Source: an uncultured Ignavibacteriales bacterium (GTDB lineage Bacteria; Zixibacteria; MSB-5A5; GN15; FEB-12). From it: a stretch of DNA of 64,000 nt. The notes below the pieces were generated by a model that saw nothing but the letters and a program-made list of their open reading frames with translations, was not told where the DNA came from and ran no database searches. Both the position numbers and the translations under genes were made by a program. The stretch is taken from contig CAYQDB010000003.1 of NCBI GenBank assembly GCA_964416195.1, positions 8,555-72,554 on the forward strand, written 5' to 3'. This document shows positions 25,403-34,996 of this stretch, in pieces (position 1 is the first letter of the stretch; each line of letters opens with the position of its first letter).

Positions 25403-26686
25403 ATGAAAATAGTCAATGTCGACCTCTCCTCGCCGTTGTACGGACGCGTTCTCCCCGGCTACAAAGTTCTGGCAATAGATGGTAAACGCGTCCTCGACTC
25501 GATTGACTTTTACTACCGGACTGCCAGTGAGTCGGTGACGATCCGATTCTCCGACCGCCGTGGACGGGAGCTGGAGCTGCGGCTTGACGAACCGACTGCC
25601 GGCGGTTTGGGGTTGACGCTTGATGAGGACAGGATAAAACGGTGTAACTGCAATTGCATCTTCTGCTTTGTTCACCAGCAGCCAAAAGGGCTGCGAAGTA
25701 GCCTCTATGTCAAGGATGAGGACTATCGTCTTTCCTTTACTCACGGTAACTTCATTACTCTTTCCAATGTGACCGAACAGGATATGGCGAGGATCATCGA
25801 GCAACGGCTCTCACCACTTTATGTCTCTGTGCATGCTACTGATGACAGCCTGCGCCGCTACATGCTTGGTAATGAAAAGCTGACACCAATTCTGCCGCGC
25901 CTGCAGCGCCTGACTGAGAACGGGATTGCTATTCACTCACAGGTCGTTCTCTGTCCGGGCATAAATGATGGTCCTCAGTTGGAGAAGACAGTCGATGACC
26001 TCTCGCGGCTTTACCCCGGCGTTGAGACTCTGGCGGTGGTGCCGGTCGGTCTAACCCGGTATCGTGACAACCTGCCGCAGTTGCGTGCCTATACGAGTGA
26101 TGAGTCAGCGGCTATTGTTGATTTCCTTGAGGTTTGTCAGAAAGATTTGCTTGCAAGGCTCGGCACCAGGTTTGTCTGGCCCGCTGACGAGTTCTACGTA
26201 CTGGCGGAGAGGGATTTCCCCAACCGGTCTTCATATGAACAGATGGCCCAGTTTGAAAACGGGGTCGGCATGGTACGGGAGTTTATCACCCTGTTCAATC
26301 GACGCCGGGCGTACCTCAGACGGATACGGTCCGACCGACGGGTGCTGTTTTTGACCGGTTACTCTGCATACCCTTTCCTGAGCCGGGAAGTTGCACCTTT
26401 CATACAGGATGAACTCGGGATAAACCTTCTTGTACAACCTGTGAGAAACATCTTTTGGGGAGAAACTGTTACGGTCTCAGGTCTGCTGACAGGGCAGGAC
26501 CTGCTTGCTGAAGCTCTGGCAATGGCGAATGAGTATGACGTCCTAGTTCTGCCGCCGAACTGTTTGAACACGGATGATCTACTCTTGGACGATATGTCGC
26601 TTTCGCAGTTTCGGACATCCCTGGGCAAGCCGGTTGTTGTCGGTCGGTACAACCTGGCTGAGAGTATCAGGGAGGCCTTTGGGTGA
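25403..26686 (+). CDS. DUF512-type radical SAM protein
   Basis: ATG at 25403. CNCNCIFC (CxxxCxxC) cluster, PDZ-like N-terminus and long DUF512-like C-terminus. Confidence 0.75.
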   Translation: MKIVNVDLSSPLYGRVLPGYKVLAIDGKRVLDSIDFYYRTASESVTIRFSDRRGRELELRLDEPTAGGLGLTLDEDRIKRCNCNCIFCFVHQQPKGLRSSLYVKDEDYRLSFTHGNFITLSNVTEQDMARIIEQRLSPLYVSVHATDDSLRRYMLGNEKLTPILPRLQRLTENGIAIHSQVVLCPGINDGPQLEKTVDDLSRLYPGVETLAVVPVGLTRYRDNLPQLRAYTSDESAAIVDFLEVCQKDLLARLGTRFVWPADEFYVLAERDFPNRSSYEQMAQFENGVGMVREFITLFNRRRAYLRRIRSDRRVLFLTGYSAYPFLSREVAPFIQDELGINLLVQPVRNIFWGETVTVSGLLTGQDLLAEALAMANEYDVLVLPPNCLNTDDLLLDDMSLSQFRTSLGKPVVVGRYNLAESIREAFG

Positions 26687-27996
26687 GAATCCCAACCATT
26701 GCCATTATCGGACGTCCCAACGTCGGGAAATCCTCGCTATTCAATCGTATGCTCCAGAAGCGGGTAGCCGTAGTGCATGAACGGCCGGGTATTACCCGTG
26801 ACCGCAATTACGCCATCTGTGATTGGGCGGGAGTGAGCTTTCGGTTGATTGATACCGGCGGGATGGTGCCGGAGACGGACGATCTGATGGAAAAGCTGAT
26901 TTACGACCAGACCGAATTCGCTATCAACGAGGCTGACTTAGTGCTGTTTCTTGTAGACACACTTGTTGGCCCTGACCCCGCTGACCGTCAGATTGCCCGA
27001 CGACTGCACCACTCAGGCAAAAAGTACATCCTAGTCGCAAACAAGGCGGATAATGAGAGGATTGAAAGCGAGATATTCGAGTTTCTTGCGCTGGGGCTTG
27101 GCGATCCTGTTCCGGTCTCGGCGAAGATCGGGCGAGGTATCGGGGATCTATTGGACAAGGTGATCTCATTTCTCCCAGTGTCCGACCATGTCACCGAACC
27201 TGACGGGGGGGCCATCAGGGTAGCTCTGGTGGGACGGCCTAACGTCGGTAAATCTTCTTTTATCAACTACTTGATTGGACAACCGCGACTGCTTGTTACT
27301 CCAACTGCCGGCACTACTCGTGATGCGGTTGATACGCTGTTAGAGCTCGATGGTCAGAACTACGTTATGGTTGATACTGCCGGACTAAGGCGAAAATACA
27401 AAGTGCGCGAAAATGTAGAGTTCTATACAGTGTTGCGCGCCACCAGAGCTATTGAGGAATGCGACGTTGCGATTGTTCTTGTTGATGCCACAGAGGGACT
27501 TACGACCCAAGATCAGCGGATTCTGGAGCAGGTTTTTGCCAACCGTCGGTCCGCGGTGCTGGTAGTGAACAAGTGGGACCTGGTGGAAAAAGACCCCACC
27601 ACGGCTGATAGATATACAAAGGCCATCAACGCCATCCTGGCCAAGTATGCCTACCTCCCGGTTATCTATGTTTCAGCCCTAACCGGTCAACGTACCGGCA
27701 AAGTTATGTCGCTGGTCAAGCAAGTTTACGCTGAGGCCAGAAAAAGGATTCCCACTGCAGAACTCAACACATTCCTCCAGAAGGTTGTCAAAAGGCGTCA
27801 GCCTCCGGCTCGGAGAGGTAAGTATATCAAGATCAACTACATGGCCCAGACAGAAGTGGCGCCACCGACATTTGTATTCTTTACCAATCAGCCCAAATTG
27901 ATTGACAAGGCGTATATCGGATACCTCAGTAACCGGATTCGGCAGGAATTCGGGTTTGAAGGGGTTCCCTTCCGCGTGAAGTTTCGGAAAAAGTAG
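26683..27996 (+). CDS. der: ribosome-biogenesis GTPase Der (EngA)
   Basis: Two tandem G domains (GRPNVGKSSLFN, GRPNVGKSSFIN) and a KH-like C-terminus. Confidence 0.95.
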   Translation: MRIPTIAIIGRPNVGKSSLFNRMLQKRVAVVHERPGITRDRNYAICDWAGVSFRLIDTGGMVPETDDLMEKLIYDQTEFAINEADLVLFLVDTLVGPDPADRQIARRLHHSGKKYILVANKADNERIESEIFEFLALGLGDPVPVSAKIGRGIGDLLDKVISFLPVSDHVTEPDGGAIRVALVGRPNVGKSSFINYLIGQPRLLVTPTAGTTRDAVDTLLELDGQNYVMVDTAGLRRKYKVRENVEFYTVLRATRAIEECDVAIVLVDATEGLTTQDQRILEQVFANRRSAVLVVNKWDLVEKDPTTADRYTKAINAILAKYAYLPVIYVSALTGQRTGKVMSLVKQVYAEARKRIPTAELNTFLQKVVKRRQPPARRGKYIKINYMAQTEVAPPTFVFFTNQPKLIDKAYIGYLSNRIRQEFGFEGVPFRVKFRKK

Positions 27997-28061
27997 CCTA
28001 TTTCCCTTTATAATACCAGTCTCAAGCTCAAAAGCCTTCCCTCCGTGTCGATATATTATAC

Positions 28062-29354
28062 ATGTCTGCCCATATTGATATCGACGATAAGCTGAATGAG
28101 CTGGAAGCCAAATTGGCGACCACCAAAGCCCAACTGTGCGACTTGGCAACTATGGGGGCGATTATCACCTCCATCCATGAGATCAATGCTGTGCTCTCGG
28201 TTGTCATGGATATGGCTATCAGACTTGCTGACGGCGAGGTTGGTCTGATCATGTTGGAAGAAGACGGCCAGTTGAAGGTCAAGATTGGTTGGGGTGTGAG
28301 CGAGGAGTTTGTCCATTCGTTGATCTACCAGGACGGTATGGATCTTCCAAGCTATTGTTTCAAAATCCGTGAGACAATTGTCCTTAACAATCTCGGCGTG
28401 AAAGATGACAGCGGCTTCTCGATAGAGTCGATTATCTGCCTGCCCATTAAGACGGCTGAGAAATGTCACGGAGTGCTGATGATTATCAACAAAGTGGGGG
28501 CAGGCGAATACGATGAGGAGGACAGAGAAAGCTTGGAGATGTTCCTCAACTTTGTAGCCGTCGCCATCGACAACGCAATTCTCCTCAAGGACAAACTGAA
28601 GCAGCAGAAGGTGGCCCAGGAGATGGTCATCGCGAAGCAGATACAGGAGACGATTCTGCCGCAGGATGTTGACGCTATTACCGGCGCTGAGATAGGCGCT
28701 GTCTATTATCCCGCCAGGGAAGTTGGCGGCGATTTCTATAACATCTTCAAACTGGATGATGAGCGGTTCATGGTCGTCATCGGAGATGTGTCCAACAAAG
28801 GAGTCCCCGCGGCGTTGGTCATGTCGGCAGCCTCTGGGATTATCAGCTCCCTGTTGTCAACGAATCCCAACATAACAGTCTCAGAATTGGTCGAATGTCT
28901 GAATAACCTGTTGGCCAATGAGATAATCAAAGATCGAGAGATGTTCGTCACGCTCTTCTTTGGAAGATTTGACCTCGAAAGCTCTTGCTTGACCTATTGC
29001 AACGGCGGCCACCTGCCGGGACTTCTCTGGGACGCTGAGAAACAGAAAATATGCGAGCTGGCTGAGGGGGGACCGATTGTGGGGCAGTTTGCCGAGATTC
29101 CTTTCAAGCAAGGGCACAGGCATCTGGGCAGCGGTGATCGTCTGTTGCTTTTTACGGATGGTCTTACGGAAGCTGCTGATGTTGATAACAATCTCTTTAG
29201 TTTCGAAAGAGTCGGGCAGGTCTTTACTACTGAGATCGAGCTGCCCCCAAAAGAGTTTTGTATGAAAGTCAAGCAGACGGTAGATCGTTTTGCAGAAGGA
29301 GCGCCGGAGGAAACGCGCGACGACTTCACTGTCCTGCAGATCAAAGTCAACTAA
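28062..29354 (+). CDS. GAF-domain PP2C (SpoIIE/RsbU-type) serine phosphatase
   Basis: N-terminal GAF-like region followed by GGDFYNIF, VVIGDVSNKGVPAAL and FTDGLTEA. Confidence 0.85.
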   Translation: MSAHIDIDDKLNELEAKLATTKAQLCDLATMGAIITSIHEINAVLSVVMDMAIRLADGEVGLIMLEEDGQLKVKIGWGVSEEFVHSLIYQDGMDLPSYCFKIRETIVLNNLGVKDDSGFSIESIICLPIKTAEKCHGVLMIINKVGAGEYDEEDRESLEMFLNFVAVAIDNAILLKDKLKQQKVAQEMVIAKQIQETILPQDVDAITGAEIGAVYYPAREVGGDFYNIFKLDDERFMVVIGDVSNKGVPAALVMSAASGIISSLLSTNPNITVSELVECLNNLLANEIIKDREMFVTLFFGRFDLESSCLTYCNGGHLPGLLWDAEKQKICELAEGGPIVGQFAEIPFKQGHRHLGSGDRLLLFTDGLTEAADVDNNLFSFERVGQVFTTEIELPPKEFCMKVKQTVDRFAEGAPEETRDDFTVLQIKVN

Positions 29355-29356
29355 CC

Positions 29357-29788
29357 ATGCCTGTCTACGAATATACATATCCGTCGGTGACGTCGTCGGA
29401 AGACAAGATGCTTGATGACATGCTGGAAGTTCTGCGCGCGAACTGTATACCAGAAGACACGCTGAACAGGTTTACACTGGCTGTTTCGGAAGCGTTTACC
29501 AATGCTTTGGTGCACGGAAACGAGTATGATCCAAATAAATCGATAAAGCTAATACTCGATGTCAACAGCAGCCACCTTGCTGCCGATATTATTGATGAGG
29601 GAGTGGGGGGCATCAACAAGGTGAGACACAGGCGCTCCCCAGCGATACTCTCAGAAGGGGGACGTGGCGTTGATCTCATGGCACATTATGCGGGTGTCTT
29701 GAGATTCACTGAGACGGAAGGCGGAGGCTTGAAGGTCTCCATACGACTTGACTGGAAGAAGAAAAACGAAGTAGAGAGCATATCATAG
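29357..29788 (+). CDS. RsbW/SpoIIAB-like anti-sigma serine kinase (HATPase_c_2)
   Basis: ATG at 29357. EAFTNALVHGN (N box), IIDEGVGG and GGRGVDLM. Confidence 0.8.
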   Translation: MPVYEYTYPSVTSSEDKMLDDMLEVLRANCIPEDTLNRFTLAVSEAFTNALVHGNEYDPNKSIKLILDVNSSHLAADIIDEGVGGINKVRHRRSPAILSEGGRGVDLMAHYAGVLRFTETEGGGLKVSIRLDWKKKNEVESIS

Positions 29789-29806
29789 TTGAATGTGGAG
29801 GAGATC

Positions 29807-30157
29807 ATGGAAATCACTATTAGAGATGAAACAAACGTGACTATTCTCGCCCTGAAAGGCAGGTTGGACCTAGGCACCGGTTCAGCAGTGAAGGAGCAGG
29901 TCAAAAATCTGTTTGAAAAGGAAAAAACGATGATTCATCTCAACCTTGCCGAAGTTGAGTTTATCAATAGTTCCGGTCTGGGATCGCTGGTCTCGATAAT
30001 GAAGGAAGTTCGGTTGCGCAAGGGTCGTCTGACACTATCGAATTTGGATAGCTACGTTCAGGAGATATTTGAGATCACGCAACTGTCTCACATTTTCGAG
30101 ATCTTTGCTACGGAAGAGGAGACCCTGAACTCCTATCGGGCTGTTCCGGTCAGCTGA
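29807..30157 (+). CDS. STAS-domain anti-sigma-factor antagonist (RsbV/SpoIIAA-like)
   Basis: ATG at 29807 after GGAGGAG. FINSSGLGSLV carries the phosphorylatable Ser. Confidence 0.85.
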   Translation: MEITIRDETNVTILALKGRLDLGTGSAVKEQVKNLFEKEKTMIHLNLAEVEFINSSGLGSLVSIMKEVRLRKGRLTLSNLDSYVQEIFEITQLSHIFEIFATEEETLNSYRAVPVS

Positions 30158-30202
30158 CACACTACGTTGCCTGATGAACTGAGCAATTCAGGAGCCCGGC
30201 AG

Positions 30203-32071
30203 ATGCACACCGTTGTCGATCGAATGGGACGGTTTCTCGCGCAACTGCAGTCGTCTGACTTCGCTGACCGCGAAAAAGCCGTCAAAGAGCTGGCGACATT
30301 CTATGGGGATGAAGCTATAGCCGGGCTTGTACTCGCACTGGAAGATTCCGACCCACGCATCAGGGAGTTGGCGGCGGATTCGTTAGGGCGGACAAATGTC
30401 TGCTTTGCGTCCCAGTTGTTGATTCGTTCTCAGAATCACAGAAATATCGAAACACGCAAGCTCGTCACCGAGTTTCTGGTGCGGATAGGTTCTCCTGCAG
30501 TGCAATTCCTTTTGGACGCTCTCGACGATGATGACCCGGATATCCGCATGTTTGCAGTCTGTATGTTGGGTCGGATCAGGGACGACACAACCGTGGGAGC
30601 CTTGTGCGAACGGTTGTCAGACGGCAACCTCAAGGTGGTCCGTTCTGCCGTCGAGGCCTTGGGCGAAATCGGCTCCAGCAAAGCTATCCCGGCCTTGGTA
30701 GCTACTTATGAAAAAATAGCGGATGTCCGCCTGCAAGTGGTCGAGGCGTTGGGAAAGATTGGCGATCCTGCCGCGGTGGAAGCCTTGTTAGGATACCTCA
30801 AGGCGGATGATCCACTGTTGTTGTGCGCTGTTATCGAGGCAGTCGGCAACATTGGAGCAAAAGACTCGGTGGAAACTCTGCGAGAGCACTTAGATTCCAA
30901 AGACCCTGCCATTGCCGAGACGGCTCTTGCCGCTATTATCAATATCACTGCAAAGTATGGCCAGGATTTTGGCTACGATCTGCCGGTGAAGCAGTTCCAA
31001 GGCTTTCTGATATCCAGCATCAAGAATGGAGACAAGAAGATTACTGAATTCATCCTCAATCGTCTCACCGGTCTCTGCGAGCAGCAGATGGTCGGGTTCG
31101 CCCTCGATGCTCTTGATTTCGTCGAGGAAGGTGCGGTCAAGCGCATATTGGAGGCCCTTGGCAAGGTTGGACCCTCCGCGAGCGAGCTGATCCTTGAGAG
31201 ATTTGTGGAGTCTACCTACCGCACCAAGTTGATTCTGCTGGATATCCTCGGTTGGTTTGTTGATGAGAGTATTGCTGGAAGGCTGGTGGATTTTGTAGAT
31301 GATCCGCATCCTGAGGTCCGCCGGAAGATCGCCTATACGCTTGGGAAAGCCGGGTGGAGCGGTGCGGCGGCAACTCTGAAAAAGCTGGCAACTGATGAGG
31401 TAGGTTATGTCAGGGAGGCTGCCTTTGTCGCCCTGGGATGGCTGTGCTCGGAACGTGACGTCGATTTCCTGCTTACGGGTCTTAAGGACGAGTACTCTGA
31501 TGTCCGCGAAGCGGCTCTGGGTGCCCTCGTCATTATAAGTGGCCCCAAAGTCATCGCGAAACTCGCAGCTGACCTCTACCACCACGATAGCGGACGGCAA
31601 CACCTAGCCGTGACAGGTTTGGGCCTGATAGGGGAGAGGGAGGTGATTGACCCATTGATGAAGGTCCTCAATCATCCTGAGCCTTCCATCCGAAAAGCAG
31701 CCCTTACATCACTGGCTCGGATCGGTGAGATCACCGATATCGAACCGTTGAAGCTGGCCTTGCACGACGAGAACAGTGGAGTCCGAAAAGCAGCGGTGTC
31801 AGCTCTCATTACCATTCAGGGAGAGCGGGCTGTCGGTGAAATTAGATTCCTACTTGATGACAAAGATGTCTGGGTACGGTACCACACTATCAGTTCGATC
31901 GGACGTCTCGGCTTTGATAAACATAGCGAGTACCTGTTGCCCTACCTGGAGGAAGAAGAGGACATTGTAAGGATTGCGGCCACTAAGGCTGTAGCTCAGA
32001 TGGCGAACAGGAGGGTTTTGCCGCAGCCAGAGGCCTCGCCGAAAGAAGAAAGATACTGTCGAGGCTGCTGA
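30203..32071 (+). CDS. HEAT-repeat (PBS-lyase type) protein
   Basis: More than 12 repeats of D..(V/I)R..A..ALG.(I/L)G. ATG at 30203 with an AGGAG SD is preferred over TTG at 30167. Confidence 0.75.
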   Translation: MHTVVDRMGRFLAQLQSSDFADREKAVKELATFYGDEAIAGLVLALEDSDPRIRELAADSLGRTNVCFASQLLIRSQNHRNIETRKLVTEFLVRIGSPAVQFLLDALDDDDPDIRMFAVCMLGRIRDDTTVGALCERLSDGNLKVVRSAVEALGEIGSSKAIPALVATYEKIADVRLQVVEALGKIGDPAAVEALLGYLKADDPLLLCAVIEAVGNIGAKDSVETLREHLDSKDPAIAETALAAIINITAKYGQDFGYDLPVKQFQGFLISSIKNGDKKITEFILNRLTGLCEQQMVGFALDALDFVEEGAVKRILEALGKVGPSASELILERFVESTYRTKLILLDILGWFVDESIAGRLVDFVDDPHPEVRRKIAYTLGKAGWSGAAATLKKLATDEVGYVREAAFVALGWLCSERDVDFLLTGLKDEYSDVREAALGALVIISGPKVIAKLAADLYHHDSGRQHLAVTGLGLIGEREVIDPLMKVLNHPEPSIRKAALTSLARIGEITDIEPLKLALHDENSGVRKAAVSALITIQGERAVGEIRFLLDDKDVWVRYHTISSIGRLGFDKHSEYLLPYLEEEEDIVRIAATKAVAQMANRRVLPQPEASPKEERYCRGC

Positions 32072-32104
32072 GATGACTTTCTGCAGCTTTGAGGAGGGAC
32101 AACT

Positions 32105-32479
32105 GTGAAAACGCACTCCATATTAGTTGTGGATGATGAGCTGTTGATTCGGGACCTGCTGTATGACTTCTTTCACGGTCAGGGGTGGGAAATAGCTGTC
32201 GCTGAAAATGGAGAAAAGGCGCTGGAGGTGCTCCGCTCGCGGAAAATCGACCTTGTTCTGACCGATATCAAAATGCCTCAGATGGACGGGCTGGAGTTGA
32301 CGTCAGAGATGAGAGAATCATACCCCGATATTCCCGTGGTGCTGATGACCGGCTTTCCATCGGTCGACTCGGCAGTGATGGCGCTCAGATACAAGGCCAC
32401 AGATTACATTACCAAACCATTCAACATCAACCAGCTCTACAAAGTTGTGGAAGCGAAGGTGAAGGAGAATGAGGGTTGA
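32105..32479 (+). CDS. single-domain response regulator (receiver only)
   Basis: VVDDE, LVLTDIKMPQMDG and ITKPF. Confidence 0.85.
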   Translation: MKTHSILVVDDELLIRDLLYDFFHGQGWEIAVAENGEKALEVLRSRKIDLVLTDIKMPQMDGLELTSEMRESYPDIPVVLMTGFPSVDSAVMALRYKATDYITKPFNINQLYKVVEAKVKENEG

Positions 32480-32913
32480 TGAGGGGCGGCGTTGAAACGG
32501 AACTAACGGTCAAGAGAATCCTTGTGGCTGACAGCGAAATGGGGGTTCGGGAGAGCCTGACGGATTTCTTTGTCGGGCTCGGATACTGGGTAGATGGAGC
32601 GAGGAACGCTCAGGATGTGCTGGATAAAGCAGCTACCAGCGACTACGCAGTAATCCTGATAGATTGCCGGCTTTCGGGGAACCGGGGCCTCGAAGTGCTG
32701 ACGGAGCTGTCAGCTTTATACCCGGATATTTCGGTTATCATGCTCAGTGCCGAGTCATCACTTGAGATTGTCACTGCTGCTCTGCGGAAGGGAGCTTTTG
32801 ATTTCGTGATCAAACCGATTGATGTCGGCCAACTTACAGAGATTATGCAAAGGGCATGGGAGCACCATGAATTGACGAAAATGTATCAGGACATGTGTGC
32901 ACAAGTGCGCTAA
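32479..32913 (+). CDS. single-domain receiver protein with atypical acidic pocket
   Basis: LVADSE (DS in place of DD/DE), ILIDCRLSGNRG and VIKPI. The ATG overlaps the upstream stop. Confidence 0.7.
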   Translation: MRGGVETELTVKRILVADSEMGVRESLTDFFVGLGYWVDGARNAQDVLDKAATSDYAVILIDCRLSGNRGLEVLTELSALYPDISVIMLSAESSLEIVTAALRKGAFDFVIKPIDVGQLTEIMQRAWEHHELTKMYQDMCAQVR

Positions 32914-33057
32914 GACAGCGATCGAAGAAAAGTGTCGCTGATAGTGAGGGGAGGTCGGGCGCTGGTTCCTATCGGACAGGATGGTTAAGGCTCTGTCGCT
33001 GAACGTAGTCTTGAACCGCTTGAAATGAAACAGAATTGATAGAAAAAAGGGGGTTAG

Positions 33058-33432
33058 ATGGCTGATCTTAGGGTTCTGGCTGTTGACAACAATCTCACCA
33101 TGAGGCGGATTATTGTCAATACGCTTAGAAGAATTGGCTACAGTGACGTTGTGGAAGCCAGCAATGGTAAAGATGCCTTGGCGAAGTTGAAAGTTGAGAA
33201 AATCGACTTTGTTGTCACTGATTGGAACATGCCGGAGATGGATGGCCTGGAGTTCGTTACTACGCTGCGTTCAATAGCGGAATACAAGGACCTGTCGGTC
33301 TTGATGGTAACAGTTCGATCAGCTAAGGATGATGTTGTGGAAGCTTTGAAGGCAGGGGTCAATAGTTATATTGTGAAACCTTTTACAGCCAATACACTTA
33401 AACAGAAGATTGAGCAAATGCTGTTTGGGTAA
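33058..33432 (+). CDS. cheY: CheY-like chemotaxis response regulator
   Basis: VDNNLTMRR, VVTDWNMPEMDGLEF and YIVKPFT. Confidence 0.8.
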   Translation: MADLRVLAVDNNLTMRRIIVNTLRRIGYSDVVEASNGKDALAKLKVEKIDFVVTDWNMPEMDGLEFVTTLRSIAEYKDLSVLMVTVRSAKDDVVEALKAGVNSYIVKPFTANTLKQKIEQMLFG

Positions 33433-33652
33433 CGGACCAACCGGTCGGAAGGAGGAGGAACCTGCCTGATAGATATTCGATTCGCAGCACAGTTTCCGGA
33501 CAAGATATTAGAAATTGCCTCACTCAGGTAAAGCCACATTATTCCCTTGAGGGTATCGCCGGTAGAAGAGTCATCCGTTTGCCGAAAAAGTTTTAGTTGT
33601 AAACCGTTGCGAGCAATTCTATCATTTCACCAATGGATGGCTGAGGTTTGTC

Positions 33653-34996
33653 ATGGATGATATCAGGAAAGTTCTCAACGATCCGACACTTGATATGGAT
33701 GAGGTGTCGAAATTTGCTGAGTCGTATGCTTCATTTAGCCGCATAATCAACTCTTTACAACGCAGATACATCGAACTCAAAGATGAGTTCTCAGATCAGA
33801 ACGAGAAACTTGTTCAGGCTAATAAAAAGCTGGTTGAACTCACCGAACGCAACCTTGCTGCGACAGAGTTCCTCAATGGAATCCTGAATTCGATTTCAGC
33901 CGGTGTTATTGCAGTTGATCAAAGCGGGTGGATAACCCATTTTAACCCGGCTGCTTCCATGATTCTGGGAATCCCTGTCAATCAACCGTTGGGGAAGCAT
34001 TATCGGGATATGGTCTCCCCCGGTAATCCTGTGGATGCCAACGCATTACGGGCGACTGAAAGTGGTCGCGAGGTAGCCTCGATAGAGAAAAAGATCGAGC
34101 TGTCCGATGGTACCAGGCTTCACCTCTCAGTTTCGACTGCGATTCTGAGGGATGATCAGGGTCGCTCAAGGGGCGCTGTGGAAGTTTTTCAGGACATAAC
34201 CAAAATAAAGAAAATGGAGCAAGAGATCGCCCGCCTGAATACGCTGGCCGCACTGGGCGAGATGGCAGCCACCGTAGCTCACGAGGTGCGCAACCCACTG
34301 TCGGGAATAGTCGGCTTTGCTTCGCTTTTGGAAAAGGAGCTGGATCCGGCTGATCCCAAAAGAAAGCTGGCGAGCAACATTATCCGTGGTGTCAACAGTC
34401 TTAATGAAACTGTTACGACCCTGCTGAACTACACAAGGTTGGAGGAAGTCAACCGAACGGAAGTCATCTACGACGATTTCTTGAGAACCACCATAGAGCA
34501 GTTTCGGCAGGAGTTCTTGGAGAAGTCGCAGCTGGCTGAGATCTGGCTTCATGTCCCCGACAGACCGTCTGAGAGTCCGATCAGATTGACTCTTGATCGG
34601 TTGTTGATGCGTCAGGTGCTGTTCAATATCCTATCGAACGCAGTCGATTCGTTTTCCGGCGAGGGGGAAATCGAAGTGCGGTTTCGCTGTTTGCCCCGGC
34701 AGCGAGCAGTTGCACTCTATGCCGAACGAATTCTACTCGGTCTGGATGAGACCGTCGTTGAAACATCAATTTCTGACAACGGTTCCGGTATTAGTCCGGA
34801 GAACATAGACCATGTCTTTTCGCCTTTTTTCACGACAAAGAAAGAGGGCAACGGCCTCGGGCTGGCGGTGGCGTGGAAGATCATGAAAGCCCACGGGGGA
34901 GACATTGTTGCTGAAAACGGCTCCGAAGGCGGCGCTGTCTTTCGCCTTCTTATGCCAGCCAAGACAGATGGCGTAATCCGGGAGAGCACAACATGA
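33653..34996 (+). CDS. cytoplasmic PAS-domain sensor histidine kinase (FlrB/FleS/NtrB-like)
   Basis: PAS region, H box HEVRNPLSGI, N box NILSNAVDS, DNGSGI and GNGLGLAV. No TM helix. Confidence 0.85.
   Translation: MDDIRKVLNDPTLDMDEVSKFAESYASFSRIINSLQRRYIELKDEFSDQNEKLVQANKKLVELTERNLAATEFLNGILNSISAGVIAVDQSGWITHFNPAASMILGIPVNQPLGKHYRDMVSPGNPVDANALRATESGREVASIEKKIELSDGTRLHLSVSTAILRDDQGRSRGAVEVFQDITKIKKMEQEIARLNTLAALGEMAATVAHEVRNPLSGIVGFASLLEKELDPADPKRKLASNIIRGVNSLNETVTTLLNYTRLEEVNRTEVIYDDFLRTTIEQFRQEFLEKSQLAEIWLHVPDRPSESPIRLTLDRLLMRQVLFNILSNAVDSFSGEGEIEVRFRCLPRQRAVALYAERILLGLDETVVETSISDNGSGISPENIDHVFSPFFTTKKEGNGLGLAVAWKIMKAHGGDIVAENGSEGGAVFRLLMPAKTDGVIRESTT

Noticed and set aside
25259-25804. 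181-aa minus-strand ORF (and 25167..25376) spanning the tRNA-Gly and the DUF512 gene start
   Set aside because: It overlaps a well-formed tRNA and is antisense to a motif-supported radical-SAM gene. No RBS or recognisable motif.
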